Shown piece after piece: positions 14,011 through 26,774 of a stretch of DNA of 60,000 nt (position 1 is the stretch's first letter; every line of letters begins with the position of its first letter). Position numbers and translations under genes: made by a program. The DNA is from Camelus ferus (taxonomy: Eukaryota). Under the pieces are notes generated by a model, which was not told where the DNA came from, did not search any database, and saw only the letters and a program-made list of their open reading frames with translations. Location of the stretch: contig NC_045696.1 in NCBI RefSeq assembly GCF_009834535.1, forward strand, positions 83,082,001 through 83,142,000, given 5' to 3'.

Positions 14011-14774
14011 TCCTTTCCATTGAAACCCTTATATTTAAAATCAGAATCAACTTTTCAATAAAGACACTGTATTTGGGCAAAAACCGTAGACACATTCAGA
14101 ATAATATGGGGAAAATACCTAATATTCAAAAACTATCTTTACATGAGTCTGCAAGATTCTTTTCAAAAAAAAAAAAAAAAACCTCATTGAAATCACATGA
14201 AGTTTCTGAAACACATGTAAGTAAAATTTAACCATATTCTCATTAATTGTACTGTGTTTTGAAGCTTCACTAAAAAAAATTTACAAATGTTAACCACTTC
14301 TCCATCCCAAGAAGAGCTCAGGCATGTCCTTAGCTTTGATTCTTGAACTCCAGTGGAATCAAAATTGCAGAAGGTATAAATAATTACTCAGGAAAAATTG
14401 ATCTCTTGAAGTTCTTAAAATTAGTTCTTAAATAGATGTTCAAGTGTCTTTGAAGGAATTTACTGAAAAGCAATTAAGTGAAAATGGAAATAAAAGCAAG
14501 AAAAAGCATTCTAAATGTTATTAAAGAGAACTTTTGAGAAATATTAGAGTATTTCTTAGATTATATATACACTATGAAAAGTATCAATTGGTATCTGGCT
14601 AAATAATAATGACTTTGCCTCAGACTTCAGAGGAAAACAAAATTTAATGCAAAGCCTGCTTCATGTCCTCTGAAAGAGAAGGTGGTGTGTTGGTTTATTG
14701 CCCCATGATCCCAGATGGACTGCATTATGGGGCATGCTTCCCATCCATCGTACAAGACATGCAGAATTCTGGAA

Positions 14775-15140
14775 TGTTCTCATTTAGCCAAGAAATATCT
14801 CCTGGATACCTTCTATGTGCCAGATTCATAACAGTGAGCAAAAACAAACATGGTGCTGTACCCATCAAGCTTGCAACAGTAGAAAGAGAAACATGATAAA
14901 ATGATCATTCAAAAAATGTCTAATTTTAAAATGTTATAAGGGGGTAGAGTGCTATGAGAGAGAATAACATGAGGGACCCCAACATGGATTGGCAGGCAGA
15001 GGATGGGCTGTGTTCAGTTCCAGGTGTTCCCTTTGAGGAGATCACCATTCAACAGATCTGAATCACTAGCGAGAGCATATGTAGTGGGAAGGGAGGTGAA
15101 GGAAAGAAGAGTAGGAAGGAGAAAATATTTCCAGGGGGAA
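14775..15140 (-). mobile_element. L2 LINE 3' fragment
   Basis: Reversed L2 3' end (accttctatgtgccag..acagtgagcaaaaac). Confidence 0.55.
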
Positions 15141-15249
15141 AGCCCCAGACACATAGGAGTTACTGATACACTCCTAAACAGTGTGTTGGCAATGATACGT
15201 ATATGTGTATGTTAGGCAGTGGTCAGGCTTACATTATTATAAATGTTTC

Positions 15250-15667
15250 CACGTTAGTTCCCTATGGCTGCTGTAACAAATTTTCACAAATTTAGTGGCT
15301 TTAAAAAACACGAATTTTCTGTCTCACAGTTCTGGAGGTCAGACGTCTAGTATCAAGGTATCGGCAGTGCTGTGTTCCTTCTGGAGACTTGTGGGGAGGA
15401 TCTGTCTCCCAGCCTCTTCCAGCTCCTAGAACCCACCTGTATTCCTTGGCCTGTGGCCACTGTCTCCCTCTTCTAAGCCAGCAGCTTAGCTGCTTCTTCC
15501 TACTCTGATCCTTTTTGATACCAGGCCATCCAGAAAAATCTTCTTATCTCAAAATCCTTAACTTAATCATCCCTGCAAACTCCCACTTTGCATGTAAAAT
15601 AACATACTGACAGATTCCAGGAATTAGGACAAGGACATCTTTGAGGGTCCATTTTTAGTCTACCATA
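15250..15667 (-). mobile_element. MaLR solo LTR (MLT1C/D-like)
   Basis: ggctgctgtaacaaat..tctcacagttctggaggtcaga..ggacatctttgaggg..tctaccata. Confidence 0.8.
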
Positions 15668-16090
15668 ATCTCTGCATTCCCGAGTGTTTTAAGCAGCCTC
15701 TAATTTATCCTTAGAGATCGTGTCATTACATAGACTTATGTTCTTAACAAGAGCCTGTTGCACAAGTCTTTACAGAAATCAATACAAATACTCTAAAAAC
15801 TATATAATATAAAAATATATGGAAAATCTATGATCAATTATTAATTTTTTTTTTTTAGTTAATGGATCCAAAGATGAGTTTTAATATAATGTCACCTTGA
15901 GAATGGCTTGGGATTCTTGGGAGAAGGTCAGGAACCAGCAAGACCTGGGGAAGCAGCTTGAGTACCCAGATACACTTACAGTGAGACTCAGGAAGAAGGG
16001 ATGTTTCAAGGGCTAAAACTGACAGAAATAAAAGACTAAATGCAGATCACAGTGGAAGTTTCTAGACCATGAACTGCCTGCTCTTCTTAG

Positions 16091-16683
16091 TGCTGCAGGA
16101 AAATGGAGTGCAAGAGGATGGCATGTTCCAGGTCCCAGGTGAGTCCCTGGGATGAGCCTCATCAGGTGAGTGTCCTTGGCTTCAGGCAGAAAAGAATTCA
16201 AGAGTGAGCCATCGTAAAGTGAAAGCAAGTTTATTCAGGGAGATACACACTCCATAGACTGAGTGCGAGCCGTCCGGAAAGGCAAGAAAGAGAAAGGCAG
16301 CAGGTGAGAGCATAGGGTGTCTCGGAAAGACAGATCGGAAAGACAGATCGGCCGCAAGGTGTGGGGGTGGTTAGTTTCTATGGGCTTGGTAACGTCATAT
16401 GCTAACAAGCGTGAGGGTTATTCCAACCACTTTGGGGGAGGGGGAGGGAGTCCCAGGAATTGGGCCACTGCCCACTCCTTGGCCTTTTATGGCCTCGGAA
16501 CTGTCCTGGCACCTGCGGGAGGGCCATTTGGCAGCTGATAGATTACAATGAGCGCATAATGAAGCTCAAGGTCTCCTGGGAGTTGGCTCGTCCACCATCT
16601 TAGTTCTAACCAGTTTTTGCCCTGTCCTCCATTGCTGTGTCATTCTTTTTATGGTTGTGCCCTGCTGCCTTCCTCCTGTCTCA
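16091..16683 (-). mobile_element. ERV1-class solo LTR, 593 bp
   Basis: TG...CA termini, 4-bp TSD ttag (16087-16090 and 16684-16687), AATAAA on the minus strand near 16230. Confidence 0.8.
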
Positions 16684-17962
16684 TTAGTGCTCTGTGGAAT
16701 AACATTATTTTTCTGTTTAAAAAAAAAAAACAAGTTGAGAGTCTCCCCTTGTCTACAGAACAGTGTTTGTTTTTACGTGTAAGGTCTCTTTTAAGCAGGG
16801 GTCACTGTGCACATCAGATAAGCAGACATTAACCACTTGCCCACATGGCAAACCAGTGGCAAGATTAGCAGCAAAACCACGGTGGCCTGAGGATGCGCTC
16901 TGATCTTTTTCCCCACTCTCTTGGTGATTCTTCTCAGGAAGTGAGAAGGGTCCTGATTTTTTTAGAACATCAAAGAGTTTCCAAAGTTGGACACTAGGCC
17001 AAGTTGTGGCTTAACTTAGCAGGTAGGAAAATCAGCCTGGAAAGTTTTATGTTAAAAATTTCCTGTTCACCTTGTTTACTAATCAGCCACTCAGGCCCCT
17101 GAAGGAACTGGTCAAACCAGTTTGAAGTAACATAGTTGATACTTCGTTCTAGTTGAAATCATTCTGGACAACCAAAGGACCACAAAACTTCTGTGGGTGG
17201 CTTCTGTGTAGATTTAAGCCCTTCTCCATATTAAAGCTATTTCAGCCTTTGAATTAACCAATGAATATACTCAAAAATCAGAATGAATTGACAGTGACTA
17301 TTTTTGACTAAGGTAGAATTTATATCACTTTGAACATGAAGGTTTAACCTGAATAGAGATAAATACCCAAAAGATTTTTGAAGGGGAAATATTGTATTTT
17401 TTATTTGTTGACTTCCCAGGCATTTGAATGATTTTTATTAAAAATTGCAGGGTCAAGGGATCGGCTTTGCGAAATTCAAGTTGAGACAGAGACCATTAGA
17501 GAGACAAGTTGGTTAATCCTGAAAACCTCAAAAAACACTGTCTCTCACCTAGTTTTACTATAGGGGAAATTTCTAATTGTACATTTTGCTTCTAAAACAT
17601 AAGAATTATCTTCTTCAAGATGATTTCTGAAAGATCATTCATATCTTTCCTTTTCCCACTAAAATTCAAAGACAAATGAGAAATACTATTGTACATCAAC
17701 TATGTGTCAATAAAAAATGGAAAACAAACCAAGAACAAACAGATGAATGAGATATCAACTAGAGAATGGAATGAATTTGTCTTTATTTGTTGTCTTATCT
17801 AATGCCTTACATAGTTATTTTCCATGAGTGAAATATCTGGCTGGCAAACATTTTCTGAGATGGTTTGTAGTTTTCAAACCATACATATAAGAAAGTGCAA
17901 TAAATTGGCTTTTTATTCAGCAATCCATGACTGCCTTAGGATTTGACAAGGCACAGAGTCAC

Positions 17963-18089
17963 TTCCTGTGGGAAGACCCTGTCCAGCCTGGCGAGAAGAT
18001 ACATTGTGGCGTCCCAAGATCACAGGTCTTTCCACTGAGCCAGTTACCATCTCTGAGGCCATCTACTCCAGCACAGTGTCCTGGACAAG
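17963..18089 (-). pseudogene. Fossil EGF exon (CPGHCAGVDGLRDGNWLSGKTCDLGTPQCIFSPGWTGSSHR)
   Basis: Canonical EGF spacing in a single frame, with Cys replaced by G, W, F and H. Acceptor AG>GG after a pyrimidine tract. 127 bp. Confidence 0.8.
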
Positions 18090-19669
18090 CCAAATAAGCA
18101 GAAGTAGAAAATGAAAGTGTTTTAAACTGTCAAAACAAGTACCCACCATCCCACTAGCTTAAAAAAAAAAAATCCTATGATGGACAGAAAGGTGTATTCA
18201 AATTCCATCTAATACTTTGCTTCTCACAAATTGGGATTGACCTTTGGTGGTTTATGACAGCATATGTTGCTCAAGTCTTTATCAAAGGCCTGGTGATAGA
18301 TCAGCTGTCATCCACCCGTTCCTCAGAATGTCTTTGTATTAAACTAATGGTCCAGCAGAGCAGCCAGCCTGACAGGCGGTTTATTTATTTGCAATCTGGT
18401 AAAAGAACTGACAACTTCATTGTTTTAATTGTTCATTTTTCATGGGTTGATGCATTAGCTCACTCAGATCTTTGTGCCTCAGTCAGAGAATAAATATATG
18501 GGAGTGAGGGCATCAGAATGACTAGGTCCATCTTAAAGTTCAAGACGCTGCAGATGGCTGGGGTGCTGGCTGTGATTACCAGCATCCCACAAGCATTTGG
18601 GGATTTTTTTTTTTTTTTTTGTCTTATCTGTGTTCTGCATCTCTTTCCTCTCTTTCAGGAAGACCTATGATGTCAGCTACTGATCTGATTGTTTCTTGAA
18701 ACAATGTCTCTGGTTCTCACAGCCTATTAAGGGAGAAAGACTAGTGTGGGCCTAGAGACTCCCTGTCCCAGTCAGGGTGGGGACCTGCCAGACAGAGGCC
18801 CAGAGACCTCAGACACCAAGATATCATCAAGGGCAGATCCAGCTCAGTCAGAGCCTCTCAGAACCACCAGCAAGTTTGTTTTGTTTGTTTTGGTTTTGGT
18901 TTTTGGTTTTGTGTGGTGTTTTGTTTTTTGTTTTTTTTTTTTTTCGCTAACTATACATGGCCTGGCCTTAGCTTGGGAGATTTAATTTTAATTCAGTGAA
19001 TCTTTGGTAGGGATTGAATATATGTATTTTAAAAATCCTATGATGAACTCCTGGTTGAGAACCATTGATCTAGAGTATAGCCCAACACCCTCAGTTTACA
19101 GATAAGATGTCCAGTAGATTGAATTGTCCACCCAAAGTCGTAGCTACTTAGCAGCAGAGCTAAAACCAGAACCCGTGGGGTCTGACCCTTAGATAAATGA
19201 CCCTTTCATTCTCCACACCAGACACCACTCTCCAGGGGCCACTGAGACTCTGGGAGGAGGTGCAGTCAAGACCTTGTGCACAAAATGGAGGTGATCATGT
19301 GCTCTCAAGGCTCATTCAAACTCTGGTCCTCAGGGAGAAGGAGACATCTCCACAGTCCAGTTATAAACATGAAGAGGGTTCCCGTTAACCTATTGGTACC
19401 CAAACTGCATTATTACTTTATTGTTTTTCCTTCATATAAAAATTGAGAGCACCTCTAGGAAAGGGGCAGTATTTTATTATTTTTGATGTGCTTGCTACCT
19501 CACATAGAACTTAGAACACAGAAGGTGATCAATGAACATTTGGTGAAGGAAAGACAAAGGGAAGGAGGGAATGCTCCCCCAGTCCAATATGCACCACTGA
19601 GTGCAAAGGTGCTCCGACACAGAAGCAGAACCCTGGCTCCTGGTATGGCGCATTTATGCGTTCATTTGC

Positions 19670-19960
19670 TTATTACACAATTATTCACCATTTACATTAT
19701 TCACAGGGGCCTGTGCTTGGTGCTGATCATATGAAATTGAGGAAGAACAGTATCTGTTTTCCAGAATCCAAGAGACTGATTCAGGGAGACATGTGAAAAG
19801 TTGAGACAGAACATTCTGACAAGTGCTACGAATAGAGACAATTTTTAAAAAAGGCTAAGGAATCTAAAAGAAAAGACCAATTAACCCTGTCAGGAGGGAA
19901 TCAGGGTGTTTTCAGAGAGGCAGCATTAGAACTGGGTCTAGAAGGGTAGAAATTCATCAG
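19670..19960 (-). mobile_element. L2 LINE fragment
   Basis: ttcagagaggcagcattagaactgggtctagaaggg and upstream L2-like wording. Confidence 0.45.
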
Positions 19961-22256
19961 TCAGAAGACAGAGAATGAATGAGTCAAGTCTTTTAGGGAG
20001 AGTGATACATACATTTGCTTCATGGCCAGAGGACAGGGTTTAGGAACTAGTGTGATGTTGAAGACTTGTGCTGGCTCTTAAAAGTGACGCTTTTTAAATA
20101 TCAGACTGGAGGCTTAATCTGGTTCTCACAGGTTGCCATAGGAACGTTGTCATCAGATTGAGGAGTGTGCATTTCAGATTGGAGGACGAGCGCCCAGTGG
20201 GGAGGGGCACTGCAGGCATCACAGCGAGAGTCAGAACCTTGAACGGGGGATCTGGACAAAGATGGAGATGAGGGGTCGAGCCCAGAGATTATTCCTGAGG
20301 TGGAGTGACTAGGACCGGATGACTGTGTAAGAGATTCGAGGAAATGCTCTCTCTGTGCCTAAATCTTTCTTTCACTGTCTGTTTCATCATTTGTTTTTGC
20401 CACATGGCAACTCTCTTCCAACATGGCCTAATATGCTCGTGTACCAGGTACAGATGAGTGAGGAAACATCGACACCGACTTCAGAAGGCCACAGCAAATA
20501 AACAAACCGGAATCAGCACACAGCCGTTGTTAGGTTTTGATAATAAGCCTTTTCAGTTTACCTTGGCAGTCAGAGCACTGGCTGCAGAGGGCAGGCTGAC
20601 AGAGCAGGGGCATTGCAAGAGCTGCAAAGCCTGGATAATCCAGCGGTTCCAGGATCGGAGAGCAGCATGTGGATCAGAAAAGAGAAAAGAGCCTAAAACC
20701 GTGGAGCTGGGAAAGGTCCTGCAAGCAAGTTCCACCTGGCTCATTGCTTCCAGGCTCGCTTTCTGAGCACGTGCTCATACACAGCACACTCCTGAAGGCG
20801 ATGTTTGGAGTGTTTCAGGGTTGAAGTCAAAGTGGCAGTGTTCCTTTTTGCAGTGGGTGCCTTATATGCCGTGGTCGGCATAGTATCTCACTGGGGCACT
20901 GGTAATGACCTGTTGCCCCTTTGGTGGAACTTGGTGGCTGCCATTCTCCAGATGTGTGGACAGTACTGATGAATACCTAGCAACACCATGTCTTCTTCAT
21001 CAGTGCTCCAGATAAAAGCCAATCAACAAGTGAAAACTCTGGAACTTTAACATTTCAACTTAATACAGATGGATTATATTAACACCCACAGAAGAAATAT
21101 ATCCCTTCTGAAAACCAAGGGTTAATTCATTCACACCTATGTTTCAATCTTTTCGTGTGTTTTATTCAGCCCCCAAAAGGTGAAAATAAGTTATACAGTT
21201 AAAATTGTGGTCAGGAGACTCTGATCTCCAGCAGGTGTTCAGAATGCAGGAACTCAAGCGGAAGGAGAAAAGAGTTTGCAGAAATGAAACAAGGTAAGAA
21301 CGACCACATAGCAGGTTTTGAGAAATGAATGTCTCGGAAACCTGAGGAAAATCTCGTGATTAAACAGCTGACACTGTGTGCCAGATCTGTTGTAAGCCCT
21401 CTCCTTGTATTATTTCATTTCATGACCACAGCCATCCGTGAGGGAGCGTCTATTATTCTTTTCATTTTACAGAAGGAACTAAGGCAACGCATGTGAAGTC
21501 GTTTGCCCAAGCTTGCACAGCCTGGGTCAGCACTGATGGCTCAGTACCGTTTTCCTCAAAGTGACGTTATGTCTCTTCCCAGGAGTCGCTACACCAGCAG
21601 GGGGATGTGGACATACCCTGTTGGTTTAGGGGCCCTTAAGAAAGGACCTAAGATCCATGTTCCCGCCTCACTTCACAGAACCAGGACAGTACGGTGAGAG
21701 GAGACCCAGCATGACCACTGGGAGTTATCAATTCTTACCCATGCGACTCTGGGAAAGTTGCCTCTCTGAGGGCCATATTGGTTTTTGTCATTTCTATAGC
21801 CCTATTTAGTTTTACATTTCAAACACTTTTTATTATGAAAGTGATCAGTAAAGCACCTACAGTGATGGCAATCTGGCACGTTCTACACCAGTATGGGCAT
21901 GTGATAAGTTGGCTATATTACATTCAAAACCACAGTAACTGATCCGTAAAATTAGGTCCTATCATTTTCTGCTTCTCGATGACAACAATTAGATACTAAG
22001 TTTGACATGCTATGTCACTAATCACTGCTCTCCTCAAGATCCATAGAATTAAAAGGACAGGAGTAATGTATAGAAGGAAGGAGACCCATGTCCAGTCCAC
22101 CGAGTTAGTGGATAGCACCAATCACGCTGGATGCAAGAATCCTACTTGGAAATGGTAGCAGAAGTTTTCAGTAGTATCTGCTCTGAACTCACAGTTTGGA
22201 TGAAGAGCAATATGGTGATTAGACAAAGAGGGCAGACCAGGTATAGGGGTGCTTAC

Positions 22257-22376
22257 GTAGTAGGCGAGAGGCCCTGGAATCCCAAATACTGGAGAGTTTC
22301 TGCTTCTGCTCAAGTGGGGGAATACTCCCCTCAACGTATAGCCACGATAAAGTTTATAGAATCCAGGAGCGGCATG
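22257..22376 (-). pseudogene. Fossil EGF exon (C/APGFYKLYR.../LGFQGLS)
   Basis: PGFY start motif, GFQG end motif, donor gtaagc. Confidence 0.6.
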
Positions 22377-22493
22377 AGCAATAGTAATTATTTTCTTTTT
22401 TCAGATTTGCTACTAGAAGAGAGGCAATTGCTCTTTGACTATTATCCTAGTGTGTTAATTTTTGGTATGCATGTAAAATGAATACTTAGTGAA

Positions 22494-22727
22494 TTTTTTA
22501 ATTGAAGTATAGTCAATTTACAATGTTATGTTCATTTCTAGTGTACAGCACAGTGATTCAGTTACACATATATATTCATTTTCATATTCTTTTTTATATA
22601 GGCCATTACAAGGTATTGCATATAGTTAGTTCCCTGTGCTATACATTAAGACCTTAATACTTATCAATTTTATATATAGTAGTTAGCATCTATAAATCCC
22701 TAACTCCTGATTTATCCCTTCCCCCCA
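22494..22727 (-). mobile_element. Artiodactyl-type L1 3' end, 5'-truncated
   Basis: tttttaattgaagtatagtcaatttacaatg..gtgtacagcacagtgattcagttac..gttccctgtgctataca. Confidence 0.8.
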
Positions 22728-25645
22728 AATTTTCTTCATATCAATATTAAGGTCAATGAAAGTCAACAAATGATGTTCACGTACACTAATGAAACATCTG
22801 TATTAGTGATCAGCTCAAACCCTCACCTGGCAAACAGATGTCTACCCTGAACATTATTCCCCCTTTATCGCTATGGAAAACTGAAGCATCAAAAACAGAA
22901 ACACAAAGGAAGCAATGTTATTTTGCATAATGCAATAATATCAAAGGTTGTAGAATAAGCAGCTTCTCGTCAGTTCAAATCATAAAATCATTGCTTTTAG
23001 GCCATGGCTTGTGAAAGCAAATGCCTTTTCTTAATGCCAATATTTTACAGACATATAAATATTCACTCACAAACATCCACTTAAGTTTCACTCGTTCAAT
23101 TTGCAAATATCAGTTCAATGCTTACTATGGGACAGACACAGAATTTATTTAGGAAAAACTCAAATTTGACTAGATCTCAGAGTTTTCACTCTTTCAAAGT
23201 CACCCCTTTGTGTGAATTCCTTAAAGATAAGAACAAGAAGATACTTGAAAGATACTGGCCGTTAACTTTTATGAACTGTTCATTTCAACTTCAGCTACTG
23301 TAGCTGCTAATGCTCCAAAACAAACTCAACTCAATCAGTAATAAAATACTGCAAATCTCCATGAAGCTTTTTCCCTTCCTAATGGCAGTTTTCTTGTTCC
23401 AAAGTAAGGGACTGAAATGAACAACTTCATTTTACCGCTCTTTCCTTACATACTGTCCTCAATATGTCACATTCTTTCTTAATAATCTGAAAGCATTTTC
23501 ATTTGCGCCTTGGGAATGACTAGAAGAGCTTTTACTGTTATTAAGTCTAGATCAAATCAATCCAGTCTAAATAAGGCACGGGACTAATGTTTCTTTAACC
23601 ACTCCTTCTTCTTACCAATTATTCACAACTATATTGGTGGCCTTGTTAGGAAATCCTTGACATCCAATGATCAGAGGTCCCAGATGCAGGCCGCTTTCAT
23701 ACATTTTGCTGACAACCTTTGAACCAAGCTGCCAAGTCAAAGCTTACCATAGTCTTAAAATCTAAATGGTGATTCATTGTTTGCTTACAGAGAGACAGAT
23801 TACCATTGTTAACTTGACCTCAGCCTCTAACTCCAAGTCAAAAATGCTTGAAGACACGGGCATCTTAACTAGAGCAAGACATAAATCAAATTACCTTCAA
23901 CACCACAAAGAAATGAATGGTTGGCATCTCATGAACTGTAAAGGGCAGTGGGTTTTCCATGGAAGATGAAGTTGAGACTGATGACAAAAGATTCCATTAC
24001 TTAATTGAGTTTAATAAAATATGGAGGAACAAACTTTGCCATGATTTCAAATAGTTTGATGAATAAATAGGGTCATTCTGAGAGCTTGCTAACTGCAGAG
24101 TCCTTGGGAGTAAAGTTTTTCTAGGAGCATGAACGAGACACGAGAGGAACTACCCAGTAGCATGCATGATGTTGTCTTAATTTCCTTCCTACCAGCAAAC
24201 CAAGTTAGAATATATTGTTTTAATCAGCTTACTTGCAAGATTTAGAGCAAGGTAAGGGTAGAGGAGAGAGAGTAAAAAGGCTGCTATGAGGAGATGGGAA
24301 AATATTTGTTCCAGAGAAGATAAATTTTGGTAAGTGAAGGAGGGCTGCAGCAAGGTTAGGCGAGCGCTAAGGCCAGGCCAAACATGAGCATCAAGTAAGA
24401 ATTTTACGAGCATGTTAAATCTCATCATGTCACGAGTTAAACTGCAATTTTATTAAATGCTGGTTGACCTGAATTGAGGCAGTGTGGATCCACAATTGAG
24501 GAAAAGAAAGACTTGGAAGTTTAAATAATAACAGATCATTATTGTTTTTGGTATATGACACCAGCTCTACTTTTTCCAGTAAGTTTGAACTGGAAACTAG
24601 AGGCAAAAACTAAAATGCCTATATGTTTTTAAAAAATACTTATAAAGTCCAGTTTTAAAAACCAAACGAAATTAAAATTAAATGTTGAAAAATGTCTAAT
24701 ACTGATGAGACAACACTAATCCAAATGTTTCAGAAGGCTGCAGGCATTGTTTACTTTCTGCTTTAGGTCTGGGAGGAGAGACAACTCTCTCGACCCGGCC
24801 AGAAGCGTGTGATGATTCAGCATCGTTGCTCTTGATATCTCCCTAAATGTACTGATTTCACAAAACAAAATCTTTTTTGACAATTGGTCTAGAAAAAAAA
24901 GCCCTTTTCCACACAAACAGCAAATAAGCTCTTCAGAGGTTCTTCCCAAAATGCTCTGTAATTCAGCGTTTTCAACAAAAGATGATATATCCCAGAAACA
25001 CTAGAGACATTTCTCCTTTTAAGAGTTTGCCAAAGTGCAAGTGCTTGTGAAATCCGAAGGTTTTTAACATTGGCGCAAGCTAGTTATTTAGAAACATATG
25101 AACATTTCTTTGGGTCTCTGGACAATGCAACTTAATAGAAAGTGACATACACGTGCACCTGAGGATGCTAACGATGCGTGTGTGCACCTAAGGACACCGG
25201 CAAGGCACAGGTATACCTAAGAATATGAATGCATTCATGTGCCTCCTACTGTGCGACTTCACCAACCTGCTGTCAAAAGTGTTGGCTGAAACGTGAAAAG
25301 CTCAGTTATGCACCTCGTTATTTTGCCTGCATTAACTGGTCTGATTTTTTTTCCATTTGAATGAATTGAGCTGATCAGTTGTGTTCATGCTATGGAGTTG
25401 AGCTTCTCTCACCTTCAAAGGATTGGAAATATACAGCCTCTTTCCCCAAATAGCAATTAAATGACAATATTTTTAAAGTAGTCGCAAGTCAACATGAGAA
25501 CAGAGTGTAAAAAACACCTATATTTGGGTATATGTTCATTAACCAGAATTTTACCCATTTTAAAGCGCAGGAAACTATTGGAGAAAAAAAGGTGCATGTG
25601 AGATGCCCCTCTGTACAAGGTGTGGGGTGGAACTGCTCAGGCCAC

Positions 25646-25762
25646 CTCCATTGCTGCCTTTGGCTCCAAACCAGCCAGGGAGCGGTCGGGAGAGCTTAGA
25701 GATGGACTGACAGTGTAACACACCTGGTGACAATTCGACCCCCAGAACTCCGTCTGATCAAG
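25646..25762 (-). pseudogene. Fossil EGF exon (A*SDG/FWGSNCHQVC.../LPGWFGAKGSN)
   Basis: Acceptor ccaattttcag. First Cys codon is now TGA. FWGSNCHQVC and PGWFGAK motifs are clear. A GT donor follows. Confidence 0.8.
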
Positions 25763-26727
25763 CTGAAAATTGGAAATAACAAATCAGCTTTTCCTTCCTT
25801 CCTTCCACTTCTCCTCTCCTGTCCTCTCCTCTCTAAAATACTGTTCCTGTTTCTGTGTACCACTCCAGTGCCTGGCAAATGAACCAACCCTGTTTCTAGG
25901 CTTCTGGACATAAACTTTCCAACCACTGAGAAACTTCTTAATGTTTTAAAAATAGTTTCCCCAATCATATTGAAAACCATTTTTGATCCCCTGTCAAATT
26001 ATTCATTACTTCTCTAACACAGAACATGGAGAATTTTATGTACAATATCTGTTACAGAAAATATACAACAATTTAAAATACTAAGTCCAAAGGTTATTTT
26101 ATACAACTGATAGGAAATTACTGCAGAGTTGGAGCTTTATAATCAAAAATCACATTTTCAATACAGAAAGTTACAGCACAAGGCAGAAACAAATTCAAGT
26201 TTATCTACACAAATCTTTTTCCTTTCTGGTTTGTATAAATAAATTTTTATTAAATTATTATTTTTTACAATAACATTCACACTCAGGAATTCATTGAATT
26301 CGTCCCATATACATAACTCATTTCTCACAAACAAAACCCATACCCATGTATATAACTAACTCACTTTGCCTTATTCATATGTATTTTCCTTTTTGAGCAA
26401 TGCCATATTTTTCAAGTTCATAAGTTGGCAGCTAATAGTAACAAATCTGCCCCCATTTGATCTCTTTTATTTCAAATATACAGTTAATTACTAAAAATGG
26501 AACTTGCATAGAACAACCTAAAAATTTAGAGACCTCAAAATAAGAAATTAATGAGATACTTAAGTCACACTGATTTTCATCTGGTTGGAGAAGCAGCTGG
26601 GAAGGAGAGGGCTATATCCTCAATTAGCATCGGTCAGAATCTAACAAAATTCCTACACCCAAGAAGGCTAGAATGTGTTTTAAAATCTTCTGTTCTAAAG
26701 CTTGAACTATATGTGACCAAAAGCAAA

Positions 26728-26728
<1 letters not shown>

Positions 26729-26770
<42 letters not shown>
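26729..26770. repeat. (CA)21 microsatellite
   Basis: Perfect dinucleotide run. Confidence 0.95.

Positions 26771-26774
<4 letters not shown>

Noticed and set aside
19230..19350. Possible fossil exon (GPEF..TRS*L)
   Set aside because: Too many frameshifts to distinguish from chance.
23640..23745. GCQQ..WDL remnant
   Set aside because: No splice anchoring; too weak to call.
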